A stretch of 64,000 nucleotides of DNA from an uncultured cyanobacterium (GTDB taxonomy: Bacteria > Cyanobacteriota > Cyanobacteriia > PCC-6307 > Cyanobiaceae): positions 1 through 64,000 of the forward strand of contig CAVONQ010000008.1 of NCBI GenBank assembly GCA_963697335.1. Reading direction: 5' to 3'. Below, piece after piece: positions 50,704 to 61,761 of this stretch (positions are counted from its first letter, which is position 1; every line of letters starts with the position of its first letter). A model generated the notes under the pieces. That model worked only from the letters and a program-made list of their open reading frames with translations. It was not told where the DNA came from and made no database searches. The position numbers and the translations under genes are program-made.

Positions 50704-51531
50704 TCAGCCGAAGCGGCCGGTGACGTAATCCTGGGTGGATTGCTGGGCTGGACTGTTGAAGATCTTTTCGGTTTCACTGAACTCCACCAGATAGCCCACC
50801 TTGCCTGAGCCCCCTGAAACCGCCTCGGCGTTGTAGAAGGCGGTGAGATCCGCCACCCGCACGGCCTGCTGCATGTTGTGGGTCACGATCACGATCGTGT
50901 AGCTGCGCTTGAGCTCATGCATCGTCTCCTCGATCTTGAGGGTGGAGATCGGATCGAGAGCCGAGCAGGGTTCATCCATCAGGATCACTTCCGGCTCCGT
51001 GGCGATCGCCCGGGCGATGCAGAGGCGCTGCTGCTGGCCGCCGGAGAGGGCCAGACCACTCTCCTTGAGCTTGTCCTTGCATTCATCCCACACCGCGGCC
51101 TTGCGCAGGGAGCGCTCCACCAGTTCATCCATGTCGCCTCGGTAGCCGTTGATGCGGGCGCCGAAGGCGATGTTTTCGTAGATCGTCTTGGGGAAGGGGT
51201 TGGGTTTCTGGAACACCATGCCGATCCGCCTGCGCACTTCCACCGCATCCACATTGGGCGCGTAGATGTCGTGCCCGTCAAACACCACGCGGCCCTTGAG
51301 GTGGCAGCCGGGGATCAGGTCGTTCATGCGGTTGAGGGCCCGCAGCACCGTGGATTTGCCGCAGCCGGAAGGGCCGATGAAGGCCGTCACTTTGCCGCGT
51401 GGAATATCCATGTAGACGTTCTTCACCGCCTCGAAATTGCCGTAGGAGATGGTCACGTTCTCCAGGGCCAGGCAGGTGTCTGGAGTGGAGGCTGGAGTGG
51501 GAGCCATACTGCTGCTGTGGGCGGTGGTCAT
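50704..51531 (-). CDS. pstB: Phosphate ABC transporter ATPase
   Basis: [33 protein letters not shown]. Confidence 0.97.
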   Translation of the reverse strand: MTTAHSSSMAPTPASTPDTCLALENVTISYGNFEAVKNVYMDIPRGKVTAFIGPSGCGKSTVLRALNRMNDLIPGCHLKGRVVFDGHDIYAPNVDAVEVRRRIGMVFQKPNPFPKTIYENIAFGARINGYRGDMDELVERSLRKAAVWDECKDKLKESGLALSGGQQQRLCIARAIATEPEVILMDEPCSALDPISTLKIEETMHELKRSYTIVIVTHNMQQAVRVADLTAFYNAEAVSGGSGKVGYLVEFSETEKIFNSPAQQSTQDYVTGRFG

Positions 51532-51561
51532 GGTGTTGGTGGAGGTAGGCCCAGGCGACGC

Positions 51562-52485
51562 TCAGGCGCGGGAGAAGCTGGCGATCCAGCGGGCCAGCAG
51601 ATTGGCCACCAGAATCATCATCACCAGCACGAAGGAGGCCGCCCAGGCCAGTTCGTTCTGGGCCTCATAGGGCATGATCGCGAAGTTGAAGATCAACACC
51701 GACATGGTGGCGATCGGGTTGAACACCCCCTCGGGCCAGAAGGGTGAAAACAGGGCCGTGAAGATCAGCGGTGCGGTTTCCCCGGCGGCCCGGGCAATGC
51801 CGAGCACCACGCCCGTGGCGATGGGCGTGAACGCCGCCGGCAGGGTGATGCGCATCACCGTCACAAACTTGGAGGCCCCCACGCCGTAGGCGCCCCAGCG
51901 CAGTTCCTGGGGCACGAGCTTGAGACCCTCATCGGTGGTTTTGATCACCGTGGGCAGCATCAGGGTGGCCAGGGCGATGCCACCGGCCATGGCGCTGTAG
52001 CTCTGATCAAAGAAGATGCGGGTGGCCACCACGATGCCGTAGACGAACACGCCGCAGATGATCGAGGGCACGCCGGCCAGCACGTCGTTGCCGAAGCTCA
52101 CGAACTTGGCAAACCAACCCCTCTGGGAATACTCCGTGAGGTAGATCCCACCCCCCACACCGATCGGCACGGCGATCAGGGAGGCGATCAGGGTCACCAA
52201 CAGGGTGCCCAGCACCGCATTGCCGATGCCGCCGCCGTCCAGGCCCGGAGGGGGCGGCAGCTCGGTGAACAGGCTGAAACTGATCAGCCGGCCGCCCTGC
52301 AACAGCACGTAGAGGATCACCAGGAACAGGGGCAACACCGCCGTGATGGCAAACAGCCCGGCGATGCCGGTGCAGAGCCGATTGATGCGGTTGCGCTTGA
52401 GCGAGCGGTCGAAGGTGAGGGGCCGCCTCACAAACAGGCTCTCGGCAAGTTCGGGTTCGTTGTGCCTGGTGGAGATGGTCGCCAT
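51562..52485 (-). CDS. pstA: Phosphate ABC transporter permease
   Basis: GGIGNAVLGT, GVPSI, ARAAGETAPL. Confidence 0.96.
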   Translation of the reverse strand: MATISTRHNEPELAESLFVRRPLTFDRSLKRNRINRLCTGIAGLFAITAVLPLFLVILYVLLQGGRLISFSLFTELPPPPGLDGGGIGNAVLGTLLVTLIASLIAVPIGVGGGIYLTEYSQRGWFAKFVSFGNDVLAGVPSIICGVFVYGIVVATRIFFDQSYSAMAGGIALATLMLPTVIKTTDEGLKLVPQELRWGAYGVGASKFVTVMRITLPAAFTPIATGVVLGIARAAGETAPLIFTALFSPFWPEGVFNPIATMSVLIFNFAIMPYEAQNELAWAASFVLVMMILVANLLARWIASFSRA

Positions 52486-52493
52486 GGGGAGGG

Positions 52494-53459
52494 TCAGTAG
52501 CGGAGGCTGAGACGACGCACCAGCCACTGGGCCAACACGTTGACGAGAAAGGTGAGCACCATCAGCACCAGGGCCGCATACATCAGGGCCGACACCTGGA
52601 TGCCACTGGCCTCCCCAAACTGGTTGGCGAGCATCGCGGCAATCGTGTTGCCTGGAGCCAAAAGCGAAAAGCTGAAGTTGAGGGAGTTGCCGATGATCAT
52701 GGTCACGGCCATGGTTTCGCCCATGGCCCGGCCCAGGGCCAGCATCACCCCCCCGGTGATGGCCGAGACGGCCGCCGGCAGGATCACGCTGGTGATGGCC
52801 CCCCAGCGGGTGGTGCCCACGCCGTAGGCCCCCTGGCGCAGTTCCACGGGCACCTGGTTGAGGGCATCGCGGGAGATCGAGGTGATGATCGGCAGGATCA
52901 TCACCACCAGGATCAGGATCGCCGGCGCCATGCCCGGGCCGCGCGGCACGGTGTCGAACAGGGGCGACCAGCCCAGCAGGCCATGCAGGAGATTCAGGGC
53001 CGGCCGGATCGCCGGCTCCATCACGAAGATGGCCCAGAGACCCAGCACCACCGAGGGGATCGCGGCCAGGAGCTCCACCATCAGACCCACGGCGCTGCGC
53101 ACGAACGGCGGCACCAGGTCTTCGGTGATGAAGATCGCCGTGCCCACCCCCAGGGGAACGGCGATCAGCAGGGCCAGCAGGGAGCTCACCAGGGTGCCGT
53201 AGATGGCGATCAGGGCGCCGTACTGGTCGTTGACCGGATCCCAGGCCGAGGTGGTGAGGAAACGCAGTCCGAAGGCCTGGATGGCGTCCTGGGAGCCCCG
53301 CAGCACCACGATGAAAATGCCCAGCAGGGCAATGGCCACCACCGAGGCCAGGCAGAGGGTGAGCTGGCGGAAACCGATGTCCACCAACTTGTCTGAGGGG
53401 GGCCGGCGACGCAGCGTGAAGGCGTCGTCGGTGGCTGCAGGGGGCACGGCTGCGGTCAT
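52494..53459 (-). CDS. pstC: Phosphate ABC transporter permease
   Basis: ELLAAIPSVVLG, LGRAMGETMAV. Confidence 0.96.
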   Translation of the reverse strand: MTAAVPPAATDDAFTLRRRPPSDKLVDIGFRQLTLCLASVVAIALLGIFIVVLRGSQDAIQAFGLRFLTTSAWDPVNDQYGALIAIYGTLVSSLLALLIAVPLGVGTAIFITEDLVPPFVRSAVGLMVELLAAIPSVVLGLWAIFVMEPAIRPALNLLHGLLGWSPLFDTVPRGPGMAPAILILVVMILPIITSISRDALNQVPVELRQGAYGVGTTRWGAITSVILPAAVSAITGGVMLALGRAMGETMAVTMIIGNSLNFSFSLLAPGNTIAAMLANQFGEASGIQVSALMYAALVLMVLTFLVNVLAQWLVRRLSLRY

Positions 53460-53533
53460 GGTGATCCGGGTGCGCTGTGGTCAGTCCACGGACGGTCCGG
53501 ACCCCAGGAATGTACGAAGCACTCCCTGCAGCT

Positions 53534-53552
53534 GCATTAAGTCGTGATTAAC
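53534..53552 (-). promoter_or_regulatory. Putative Pho box (SphR/PhoB) upstream of pstC
   Basis: GTTAATCA-CGA-CTTAATGC, TTAA cores 11 bp apart, with a -10-like TACATT at 53514-53509. Confidence 0.6.
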
Positions 53553-53607
53553 GCCGGTCAGCCCGGTAGTTTTGGGGCGCCACAGGGGTGACGGGGCCGC
53601 GCAGTTC

Positions 53608-56010
53608 ATGGGTCGCATCGTCGGCATCGACCTCGGGACCACCAATTCGGTGGTGGCGGTGCTTGAGGGCGGCCGTCCAGCGGTGATCGCCAGCGCCGAG
53701 GGCGGTCGCACCACCCCCTCGGTGGTGGGCTTCAACCGGGAGCGGGAGCTGCTGGTGGGGCAGCTGGCCCGGCGCCAGCTGGTGCTCAATCCCCGCAACA
53801 CCTTTGCCAACCTCAAGCGCTACGTGGGGCGCCGCTGGGACGAGCTCGAGGAGTCGAGCCTGGGGGTGCCCTACACGATCCGGGCCAACGACCAGGGCAA
53901 CGTGCGGGTGGTGTGCCCCGCCACCGAGCGTGAGTACGCGCCGGAGGAGCTGGTGGCCAGCATCCTGCGCAAGCTGGTGGACGATGCCGCCACCTACCTC
54001 GGTGAGCCGGTGGAGGCGGCCGTGATCACCGTTCCCGCCTACTTCAATGACGCCCAGCGCCAGGCCACCCGCGACGCCGGCCGCCTGGCGGGCATCAGCG
54101 TGGAGCGGATCCTGAACGAGCCCACGGCGGCGGCCCTGGCCTACGGCTTCGATCGCTCCGCCGTGAAGCGGGTGCTGGTGTTCGACCTCGGTGGCGGCAC
54201 CTTCGACGTGTCGGTGCTGCGGATCGCCCAGGGGGTGTTCGATGTGAAGGCCACCAGTGGCGACACCCAGCTGGGGGGCAACGACTGGGACCGCCGCATC
54301 GTGGACTGGCTGGCCGATGGCTTCCAACAGGAGCACGGCGTCGATCTGCGCCGCGACCGTCAGGCCCTGCAGCGCCTCACCGAGGCGGCGGAGAAGGCCA
54401 AGATGGAGCTCAGCGGGGTGCAGACCACCCCGATCTCGCTGCCCTTCATCGCCACGGGTTCCGAGGGCCCGTTGCACATCGAGACCAGCCTGGAGCGCCG
54501 CCGTTTCGAGGCCCTGTGTCCTGACCTGCTGGATCGGCTGCTGCGCCCCGTGCAGCGCGCCCTGCGCGACTCCAACCTGGCAGCCGATCAGATCGACGAC
54601 GTGGTGCTGGTGGGGGGCTCCACCCGCATGCCGATGGTGCAGGAGATGGTGCGCACCCTGGTGCCGCGGGAGCCCTGCCAGTCGGTGAATCCCGATGAGG
54701 TGGTGGCCATCGGCGCCGCCGTGCAGGCCGGCATCCTCACCGGCGAGCTGCGCGACCTGATGCTCAACGACGTGACGCCCCTCGGTCTGGGTCTGGAGAC
54801 GATCGGTGGCGCCATGAAGGTGCTGATCCCGCGCAACACGTCGATTCCTGTCCGCAAGAGCGACCTGTTCAGCACCTCGGAGGCCAACCAGAACTCCGTG
54901 GAGATCCACGTGCTGCAGGGGGAGCGCCAGATGGCGGCCGACAACAAGAGTCTCGGCCGCTTCCGCCTCTCCGGCATCCCGCCGGCTCCCCGGGGGGTGC
55001 CCCAGGTGCAGGTGTCGTTCGACATCGATGCCAACGGCCTGCTGCAGGTGTCCGCCACCGACCGCACCACGGGCCGGCAGCAGAGCGTCAGCATCCAGGG
55101 AGGGTCCAACCTCAGCGAGGAGGAGATCGCCCGGCTGTTGCAAGAGGCTGAGGAGAAGGCGGCGGAGGACCGGCGCAAGCGCGCCGCGCTCGACCGACGC
55201 AACAAGGCCCTCACCCTGATCGCCCAGGCCGAACGCCGGCTGCGCGATGCCTCCGTGGAACTCGGCCCCTACGGCGCCGAACGCCAGCAGCGGGCTGTGG
55301 AGGTGGCCCTGCGCGACGTGCAGGACCTGATGGCCCTGGAGCCCAGCGGCAAGAGCGATGCCGGTGAGCTGGAGCTGTCGGTGAGTCAGCTGCAGGAGGC
55401 GGTGTATGCCCTGAACCGGCGCCTGCTGAGCGAGCGTCGCAGTGAGCAGGGCCCGCTGCAGGGCCTCAAGAACACCCTGGGATCGCTCAAGGATGAGCTG
55501 TTCAGCGACGACGACGACTGGGATGACTGGAGCCGCCCGGGCAGTGACCCCTGGGCGATGTCCTCCGGTCGATCCCGGGGCGGCTACGACAACCTGGGCG
55601 CCCCAGGCCGCAATGACCTCGAGCGCGGCTACGACGACCGCCGCTACGACGAGCGTGGCGACGGCGACCGCCGCTATGCCGAACGCAGCTACCCCGAACG
55701 CAGCTACGCCGACAACGCCTATGGAGATCAGGGCTATGGCGCTCGCGGCGACGAGCCGAGGGGCTACGCCGCCCCCAATGATCTCGACCGCGACGACCAG
55801 CCCCGCAGGGCGCCTCCGGCCCGAAGCTCCGAGGCCTGGGACGACCTGAGGGATGGCAGCGCCAGGGATCCAGATCCGTACCTGAACCGAAGCCGCCGGC
55901 GCCCCGCCGAGCCGGCGGACCCCACCGGTCGTGGGGACCCGCAGGACGGCTACCCCCAGGCACGTCCTGTCGCCCGGGTGCCGGATGACGACCCCTGGTC
56001 TGACGGCTGA
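53608..56010 (+). CDS. dnaK: Chaperone DnaK with long acidic tail (DnaK3-like)
   Basis: GIDLGTTNS, TVPAYFND, DLGGGTFD, GVPQVQVSFDIDANG. Confidence 0.97.
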   Translation: MGRIVGIDLGTTNSVVAVLEGGRPAVIASAEGGRTTPSVVGFNRERELLVGQLARRQLVLNPRNTFANLKRYVGRRWDELEESSLGVPYTIRANDQGNVRVVCPATEREYAPEELVASILRKLVDDAATYLGEPVEAAVITVPAYFNDAQRQATRDAGRLAGISVERILNEPTAAALAYGFDRSAVKRVLVFDLGGGTFDVSVLRIAQGVFDVKATSGDTQLGGNDWDRRIVDWLADGFQQEHGVDLRRDRQALQRLTEAAEKAKMELSGVQTTPISLPFIATGSEGPLHIETSLERRRFEALCPDLLDRLLRPVQRALRDSNLAADQIDDVVLVGGSTRMPMVQEMVRTLVPREPCQSVNPDEVVAIGAAVQAGILTGELRDLMLNDVTPLGLGLETIGGAMKVLIPRNTSIPVRKSDLFSTSEANQNSVEIHVLQGERQMAADNKSLGRFRLSGIPPAPRGVPQVQVSFDIDANGLLQVSATDRTTGRQQSVSIQGGSNLSEEEIARLLQEAEEKAAEDRRKRAALDRRNKALTLIAQAERRLRDASVELGPYGAERQQRAVEVALRDVQDLMALEPSGKSDAGELELSVSQLQEAVYALNRRLLSERRSEQGPLQGLKNTLGSLKDELFSDDDDWDDWSRPGSDPWAMSSGRSRGGYDNLGAPGRNDLERGYDDRRYDERGDGDRRYAERSYPERSYADNAYGDQGYGARGDEPRGYAAPNDLDRDDQPRRAPPARSSEAWDDLRDGSARDPDPYLNRSRRRPAEPADPTGRGDPQDGYPQARPVARVPDDDPWSDG

Positions 56011-56015
56011 CTCCT

Positions 56016-57047
56016 GTGGCAGTGCGTTCCTCGGCCCCATCGGACTACTGGGCGGTGCTCGGCCTGGATCCGGGGGCCGATCTCCCCAGCCTGAAGCGGG
56101 CCTTCCGGGCCCAGGCCAGGCGTTTCCACCCCGACCTCAACGGCAACGACCCCAGCGCCGAGGAGCGCTTCAAGCTGGTCAACGAGGCCTATGCGGTGCT
56201 CTCCGACCCCCGGCGACGGGCAGCCTGGGAGCGCGGCGAAGGGGCCGGGACCGCTGCGCCGGCCGATCCCTTTGCCAGCGGCTTTCCGCATTTCGAGACC
56301 TACCTCGAGGCGCTCTTCGGCCAGCGGCAGCGCAGCCGCTCCGCCCCGGTGGACGATCCTGACAGCAGCTGGGAGCAGGACGAGAGCGCCTACGACGGTT
56401 CAGCTGGCGAGCCGTTCGCGGCGGATCCAAGCCCTGCCGATGGCGGCAGAGATTCCGTCAGCGGTGGCTGGGGGGCGGGGGGCTCCGTGACAGCCTCGCC
56501 AGCCCCGCCACCGCCGGTGCAGGCCAGCACTGATGCGGAGAGCACGGTGGTGCTGAGTCCCGAGCAGGCGCTGCAGGGGGAACGGGTGGAGCTGGAGCTG
56601 CCTGACGGCAGCGCTGTTGAAGTGTGGACGCCGGCCATGGCGGGCGATGGCTGGAGGCTGCGCTTGGAGGGCGTTGCCCCTGGCGGCGGGGATCACTTTC
56701 TGCAGTTGCGGGTGCGCACGGAGGAGGGGCTGCGCATCGATGGCCTGCGGGTGCACTACAGCCTCGATCTCACCCCCGCCGAAGCGGCCCTGGGCTGTGT
56801 GGTGGTGGTGCCCACCCTGCGCGGCCCGGTGAAACTCACGGTGCCGCCCTGCTCCTCCAGTGGTCGGCTGCTGCGGCTGCGGGGCCGGGGCATGGAGTGG
56901 GGCGACCAGCGCGGTGACCAGCTGGTGGAGGTGCGCATCGTGCTGCCGGACCAGCTGGACGATGCCGAGGCAGCCCTCTACGGCCGTCTCCAGGAGCTCG
57001 CCGACCATGCGGCCGATGAGGCCGCCCAGGAGCAAGCCGGGCGGTGA
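56016..57047 (+). CDS. dnaJ: DnaJ-family co-chaperone (no zinc finger)
   Basis: J domain with HPD plus a C-terminal DnaJ_C region. Confidence 0.92.
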   Translation: MAVRSSAPSDYWAVLGLDPGADLPSLKRAFRAQARRFHPDLNGNDPSAEERFKLVNEAYAVLSDPRRRAAWERGEGAGTAAPADPFASGFPHFETYLEALFGQRQRSRSAPVDDPDSSWEQDESAYDGSAGEPFAADPSPADGGRDSVSGGWGAGGSVTASPAPPPPVQASTDAESTVVLSPEQALQGERVELELPDGSAVEVWTPAMAGDGWRLRLEGVAPGGGDHFLQLRVRTEEGLRIDGLRVHYSLDLTPAEAALGCVVVVPTLRGPVKLTVPPCSSSGRLLRLRGRGMEWGDQRGDQLVEVRIVLPDQLDDAEAALYGRLQELADHAADEAAQEQAGR

Positions 57048-57086
57048 GAGAGTGGAGCACCTGCGCCCCTCCTCCCACCTCCTCCC

Positions 57087-57551
57087 ATGCCGGTGCACGT
57101 GCTGCTCTTCGATCCCGGAACCGATCAGGAGGGCATCCATTCCCTCGAGATCAACGGCCGCACCGTGGTGCTGCTGTTCGAGGCCCGTGATGACGCCGAG
57201 CGCTATGCGGGCCTGCTGGAGGCCCAGGACTTTCCCGTGCCCTGTGTGGAGGCCCTGGAGCGCCCGGAGATGGAGCAGTTCTGCCTGGAATCGGGCTATG
57301 AGGCCCGCTTCGTGCCCGTGGGCTTCCTGCCCCAGAGCCCCGAGGACCGGCTGCTGATCGCGCCGCCGGAACGCAACATGGACGTGACCACCTGGCAGGA
57401 GCAGACCGCCGCTGCCGGCACCATGGCCGGCTCCCATGGTGCCGGCGAGCAGGGCCTCGATCCTCCCGGTGAGCGGACGCCGGCCGACCCCATCAACAGC
57501 GGCGATCCGGAACTCGAGGCCTTCCGCCGCAAGCTGGAGGGGCTGCTGTGA
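57087..57551 (+). CDS. DUF3110-family protein
   Basis: VLLF...EGIHSL...[27 protein letters not shown]. Confidence 0.88.
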   Translation: MPVHVLLFDPGTDQEGIHSLEINGRTVVLLFEARDDAERYAGLLEAQDFPVPCVEALERPEMEQFCLESGYEARFVPVGFLPQSPEDRLLIAPPERNMDVTTWQEQTAAAGTMAGSHGAGEQGLDPPGERTPADPINSGDPELEAFRRKLEGLL

Positions 57552-58504
57552 GCCCGGCCACCGCCGCTGGGGCCGATCGGGGCCACCTGCTCACCGAACA
57601 GGCCAATCCCCTCAGCGCCAGCCTCGATCAGCTGCCCACCGCGGAGTTGGTGGAGCTGTTCATTCGCAACGACCTCGAACCCCAGCGGGCCGTGGCCGCC
57701 GCCGCCCCTGCCCTCAGCAGCGCCATCGAGGCGATCACCTCCAGATTGCAGGCCGGGGGGCGACTCTTCTACCTGGGAGCCGGGACCTCCGGACGGCTGG
57801 GAGTGCTGGATGCGGCGGAGTGTCCCCCCACGTTCTGCAGCCCGCCAGAGCTGGTGCAGGGGGTGCTGGCGGGCGGAGCACCGGCGCTGCTGCGCAGCTC
57901 CGAGGGTCTGGAGGATCTGGAGGAGGCGGGCCGCAGCGACCTGCAGGCCCTGGGCTTCGGGCCGGGGGACTGCCTGGTGGGCATTGCGGCCGGCGGCACC
58001 ACCCCCTATGTGCTCGGCGGCCTGGAGCACGCCTCTGCCAGCGGCGCCCTGGCCATCGCCATGGCCTGCGTCCCCGCCGACCAGGTGCCGATGCCCTGCA
58101 GCATCGACATTCGCCTGCTCACGGGCCCTGAGCTGCTGGCCGGTTCCACCCGCCTCAAGGCCGGCACGGCCACCAAGATGGCGCTGAACATCCTCTCCAC
58201 CGGCGTGATGGTGCGCCTGGGCAAGGTCTACGGCAACCGCATGGTGGATGTGGCGGTGACCAATGCCAAGCTGGAGGATCGGGCCCTGCGCATCCTGCGC
58301 GACCTGGCCGGGGTGGAGCGCGCTGCCGCTGTGGCGCTGTTGGAGCGCTCGGGCGGTTCCGTGAAGCTGGCCCTGCTGATGCAGGCCACAGGGCTGGAGG
58401 CAGCTGCAGCCACCGAGGCCCTGGCGACCCATGGGCCCAGCCTGCGCAGCACCCTTACTGCCCTGGGGGCCTGCCTGGATCAGCCGTCGAACGGGCCCCA
58501 GTAG
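57548..58504 (+). CDS. murQ: N-acetylmuramic acid 6-phosphate etherase
   Basis: [30 protein letters not shown]. Confidence 0.97.
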   Translation: MSPATAAGADRGHLLTEQANPLSASLDQLPTAELVELFIRNDLEPQRAVAAAAPALSSAIEAITSRLQAGGRLFYLGAGTSGRLGVLDAAECPPTFCSPPELVQGVLAGGAPALLRSSEGLEDLEEAGRSDLQALGFGPGDCLVGIAAGGTTPYVLGGLEHASASGALAIAMACVPADQVPMPCSIDIRLLTGPELLAGSTRLKAGTATKMALNILSTGVMVRLGKVYGNRMVDVAVTNAKLEDRALRILRDLAGVERAAAVALLERSGGSVKLALLMQATGLEAAAATEALATHGPSLRSTLTALGACLDQPSNGPQ

Positions 58505-59436
58505 GGGCTGGTGAACAGGTCCACGCGGCGGCGGGTTTCGGCGGGCACCTGCTCGGCAGGCGTCATCAGGGCATGGCGCAGGGCCTGGTGAAAGCTGCTG
58601 CTGGGCCGCAGCTCCCCCACCCGCTCAGCCGCCAGGCGCACAATCTGCTGGGCCAGGGCGGCATTGGAGCGCAGGTTGTCGATCACCAGCTCCACCGTCA
58701 CCGAGGCGTGCTCCTGGTGCCAGCAGTCGTAGTCGGTGACCATCGCCAGGGTGGCGTAGGCCATCTCGGCCTCGCGGGCCAGGCGGGCCTCGGTGTGGTT
58801 GGTCATCCCGATCACGCCGCAGCCCCAGCTGCGGTAGAGCTCGGACTCGGCCCGGGTGGAAAAGGCCGGCCCCTCCATGCACAGGTAGGTGCCGCCGCGG
58901 TGCATGTGGCGGCCCGGCGGCATCAGGCTGTCGCCCACGTCGGCCAGCAGGCGGCTGAGGGCGCCACAGAAGGGATCGGCTGCGGTGACATGGGCCACCA
59001 CCCCCTCGCCGAAGAAGGTGAGGGGGCGCTGGTGGGTGCGATCGATGAACTGATCGGGCACCATCATGTCGAGGGGCCGGAACTGCTCCTGCAGGGATCC
59101 CACCGCCGACACCGACAGGATCCAGCGCACACCCAGGGAGCGCAGGGCCCAGAGGTTGGCCCGGTAGGGCACCTCGCTCGGCGTGAAGCTGTGGTGGCGG
59201 CCATGGCGGGCCAGGAACACCACCTCCAGGTCGTTGATGCGTCCCAGCCGCAGGCTGTCGGATGTGGGGCCGTAGGGCGTCTCGACGCTGATCTCGCGCA
59301 TGTCCTCCAGCCCGTCCATGGCGTAGAGGCCGCTGCCTCCCAGCACGCCGAGGCGGGCTCGGCGCAGGTCGGGGGCGGCACTGGTGGGGGCCGGCTCGGC
59401 AGGGGCGGGGGTGGTGGTGATGGGGGGTGTGGGCAT
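58480..59436 (-). CDS. mtnP: S-methyl-5'-thioadenosine phosphorylase
   Basis: [31 protein letters not shown]. Confidence 0.95.
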   Translation of the reverse strand: MPTPPITTTPAPAEPAPTSAAPDLRRARLGVLGGSGLYAMDGLEDMREISVETPYGPTSDSLRLGRINDLEVVFLARHGRHHSFTPSEVPYRANLWALRSLGVRWILSVSAVGSLQEQFRPLDMMVPDQFIDRTHQRPLTFFGEGVVAHVTAADPFCGALSRLLADVGDSLMPPGRHMHRGGTYLCMEGPAFSTRAESELYRSWGCGVIGMTNHTEARLAREAEMAYATLAMVTDYDCWHQEHASVTVELVIDNLRSNAALAQQIVRLAAERVGELRPSSSFHQALRHALMTPAEQVPAETRRRVDLFTSPYWGPFDG

Positions 59437-59532
59437 CGGGGACTTCGGGTGGGAGCCGCGCTCTGGCAGGCGGCGCAAACCGGCCCCATTGTCGTGCCGG
59501 CCCCATACAGTCGTGCTTTCAGCCATTCCCCC

Positions 59533-59973
59533 ATGACCAAAGCCCTGATGGAGACGGATGCCGGCAGCATCGAGCTCGAGCTCTTTGACGCCGACGCCCC
59601 GAACACCGTGGCCAACTTCACCAAGCTGGCCAAGGAGGGCTTCTACGACGGCCTCGCCTTCCACCGGGTGATCCCTGGCTTCATGGCCCAGGGCGGATGC
59701 CCCAACAGCCGCGACGGTGCCCCCGGCATGGCCGGCACGGGCGGCCCTGGCTACCACATCGACTGCGAGATCAACGGCCAGAAGCACAAGTCCGGCACCC
59801 TGGCCATGGCCCATGCCGGCAAGAACACCGGTGGCTCGCAGTTCTACATCTGCCATGAGGCCCAGCCCCATCTCGATGGCGTGCACACCGTGTTCGGCCA
59901 CACCACCAACATGGATGTGGTACAAGCCCTCAAGAACGGCAGCAAGATCACCAAGCTGACCATTCAGGACTGA
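59533..59973 (+). CDS. Cyclophilin-type peptidyl-prolyl isomerase
   Basis: [35 protein letters not shown]. Confidence 0.96.
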   Translation: MTKALMETDAGSIELELFDADAPNTVANFTKLAKEGFYDGLAFHRVIPGFMAQGGCPNSRDGAPGMAGTGGPGYHIDCEINGQKHKSGTLAMAHAGKNTGGSQFYICHEAQPHLDGVHTVFGHTTNMDVVQALKNGSKITKLTIQD

Positions 59974-59986
59974 GCCGCCGCGGGCC

Positions 59987-61720
59987 TCAGCGCCAGACCA
60001 GGAAGGCCTCGGCCTGCAGCGGCAGGCCCGCCACGCCGCCCCCCTGGAGCTCCGCCAGGGGGCGCTGCTGGCACTGCAGCTGGGCGCTGGGATGGGCGGT
60101 GCGCTGCGCATCGGGCGTGAGCAACAGCGCCACGCTCTCGGTGTTTGGCCAGACGGCCAGCCGCCGCAGCAGGTCGGTGATGCCCTGCTCCCGCAGGCCA
60201 TCGGCCCCACGGCCTGAACTGAGCAGCAGGGCCAGGTCGGGCTGGTTGAGCAGGGCCAGCAGCCGGGGGTGCTCCTCGCGCCCCAGCAGCAGCCCCTGTT
60301 CCAGGGCCCAGGCCTGCAGATGGTCCAACCGCTCCGCCCGGACGGCCGCTGGCCCACCGGACGCGTCGGTGGCCTCGCTCCAGGCCAATACCGCGGTGAG
60401 CCCCAGGGGGCAGCTCGGCCCGTCCCCCATCAGGTGCCCGAGCTTGGAGCGCTTGACGGCCAGGTAGGCCGCGTTGTGGGTGCCGGGATCCATGACCAGG
60501 GGCACCCGGTCCACCACCTCCAACCCATAGCCGCCGAGACCGGCGATCTTGCGGGGGTTGTTGGTGATCAGACGCAGTCGCTGGATGCCCAGGTCGCTGA
60601 GAATCTGGGCACCCACGCCGTAGTTGCGCAGGTCGGCGGGGAAGCCCAGCCGCTCGTTGGCCTCCACCGTGTCCAGGCCCGTGTCCTGGAGTGAGTAGGC
60701 CCTGAGCTTGTTGATCAGGCCAATGCCCCGGCCCTCCTGGCGCAGGTACACCACCACCCCTTCGCCAGCCTCCTCCAGCATTCGCAGGGCCGTCTCCAGC
60801 TGGGGGCGGCAGTCACAGCGCAGCGACCCGAAGGCATCCCCGGTGAGGCACTCGCTGTGCACCCGCACCAGCACGGGCGCAGTGGCCTGCTCGGGATGGC
60901 CCTTGACGATGGCCACATGCTCGCTGCCATCGAGCTCATTGCGGTAGCCGATCGCCCGGAACTCCCCGAAGCTGCTGGGCAGGGCCGCCTCCGCCTGGCG
61001 GCGCACGAAGCGCTCGGTGTCGAGGCGGTAGCCAATCAGATCGGCGATGTTGATCAGGCGCAGGCCGTGGCGGCGGGCGTAGGCGGCCAGCTGGGGCAAC
61101 CGGGCCATCGAGCCGTCGGGGTTCTGGATTTCGCAGATCACCCCGGCGGGGTAGAGGCCGGCCAGCCGGGCCAGATCCACGGCGGCTTCGGTGTGTCCCG
61201 CCCGCTTGAGCACCCCACCCTGGCGTGCCCGCAGCGGAAAGATGTGGCCGGGCCGGCGCAGGTCGCTGGGGCGGCTGGCGGGATGGATGGCCACCTGGAT
61301 CGTGCGGGCCCGGTCATCGGCGGAGATGCCGGTGCTGACGCCGTTCTCCGGGCCGGCATCGACGCTCACGGTGAAGGCCGTCTGGTTGTTGTCGGTGTTG
61401 CGATCCACCATCAGGGGCAGATCCAGGGCATCGAGGCGCTCGCCCTCCATGGCCAGGCAGATCAGGCCCCGCGCCTCGGTGGCCATGAAGTTGATCTGCT
61501 CGGGGGTGGCGAACTGGGCGGCGCAGATCAGGTCGCCTTCGTTTTCACGGTTTTCGTCGTCCACCACCACGATCGAGTCACCGTTGCGGATCGCGGCGAG
61601 GGCATCGGCGATGGCATCGAAGCGGATGGCACCGGCGTCGGCCGCCTCGGAGCTGGCGACGGATGGGTTGCTCAGGGCGGTCAACGGGGGCGGTCGGACC
61701 CAAAGGCCCGGTGCAATCAT
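59987..61720 (-). CDS. ribBA: Bifunctional DHBP synthase / GTP cyclohydrolase II (start uncertain)
   Basis: [35 protein letters not shown]. Confidence 0.97.
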   Translation of the reverse strand: MIAPGLWVRPPPLTALSNPSVASSEAADAGAIRFDAIADALAAIRNGDSIVVVDDENRENEGDLICAAQFATPEQINFMATEARGLICLAMEGERLDALDLPLMVDRNTDNNQTAFTVSVDAGPENGVSTGISADDRARTIQVAIHPASRPSDLRRPGHIFPLRARQGGVLKRAGHTEAAVDLARLAGLYPAGVICEIQNPDGSMARLPQLAAYARRHGLRLINIADLIGYRLDTERFVRRQAEAALPSSFGEFRAIGYRNELDGSEHVAIVKGHPEQATAPVLVRVHSECLTGDAFGSLRCDCRPQLETALRMLEEAGEGVVVYLRQEGRGIGLINKLRAYSLQDTGLDTVEANERLGFPADLRNYGVGAQILSDLGIQRLRLITNNPRKIAGLGGYGLEVVDRVPLVMDPGTHNAAYLAVKRSKLGHLMGDGPSCPLGLTAVLAWSEATDASGGPAAVRAERLDHLQAWALEQGLLLGREEHPRLLALLNQPDLALLLSSGRGADGLREQGITDLLRRLAVWPNTESVALLLTPDAQRTAHPSAQLQCQQRPLAELQGGGVAGLPLQAEAFLVWR

Positions 61721-61761
61721 CCTTTATAAAGCCCGCACCATCTCTCCATCGGGGCTCCGCC

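Noticed and set aside
58480..60357. Apparent 625-aa MtnP fusion
   Set aside because: The upstream part overlaps the cyclophilin and ribBA genes; the real start is near 59436.
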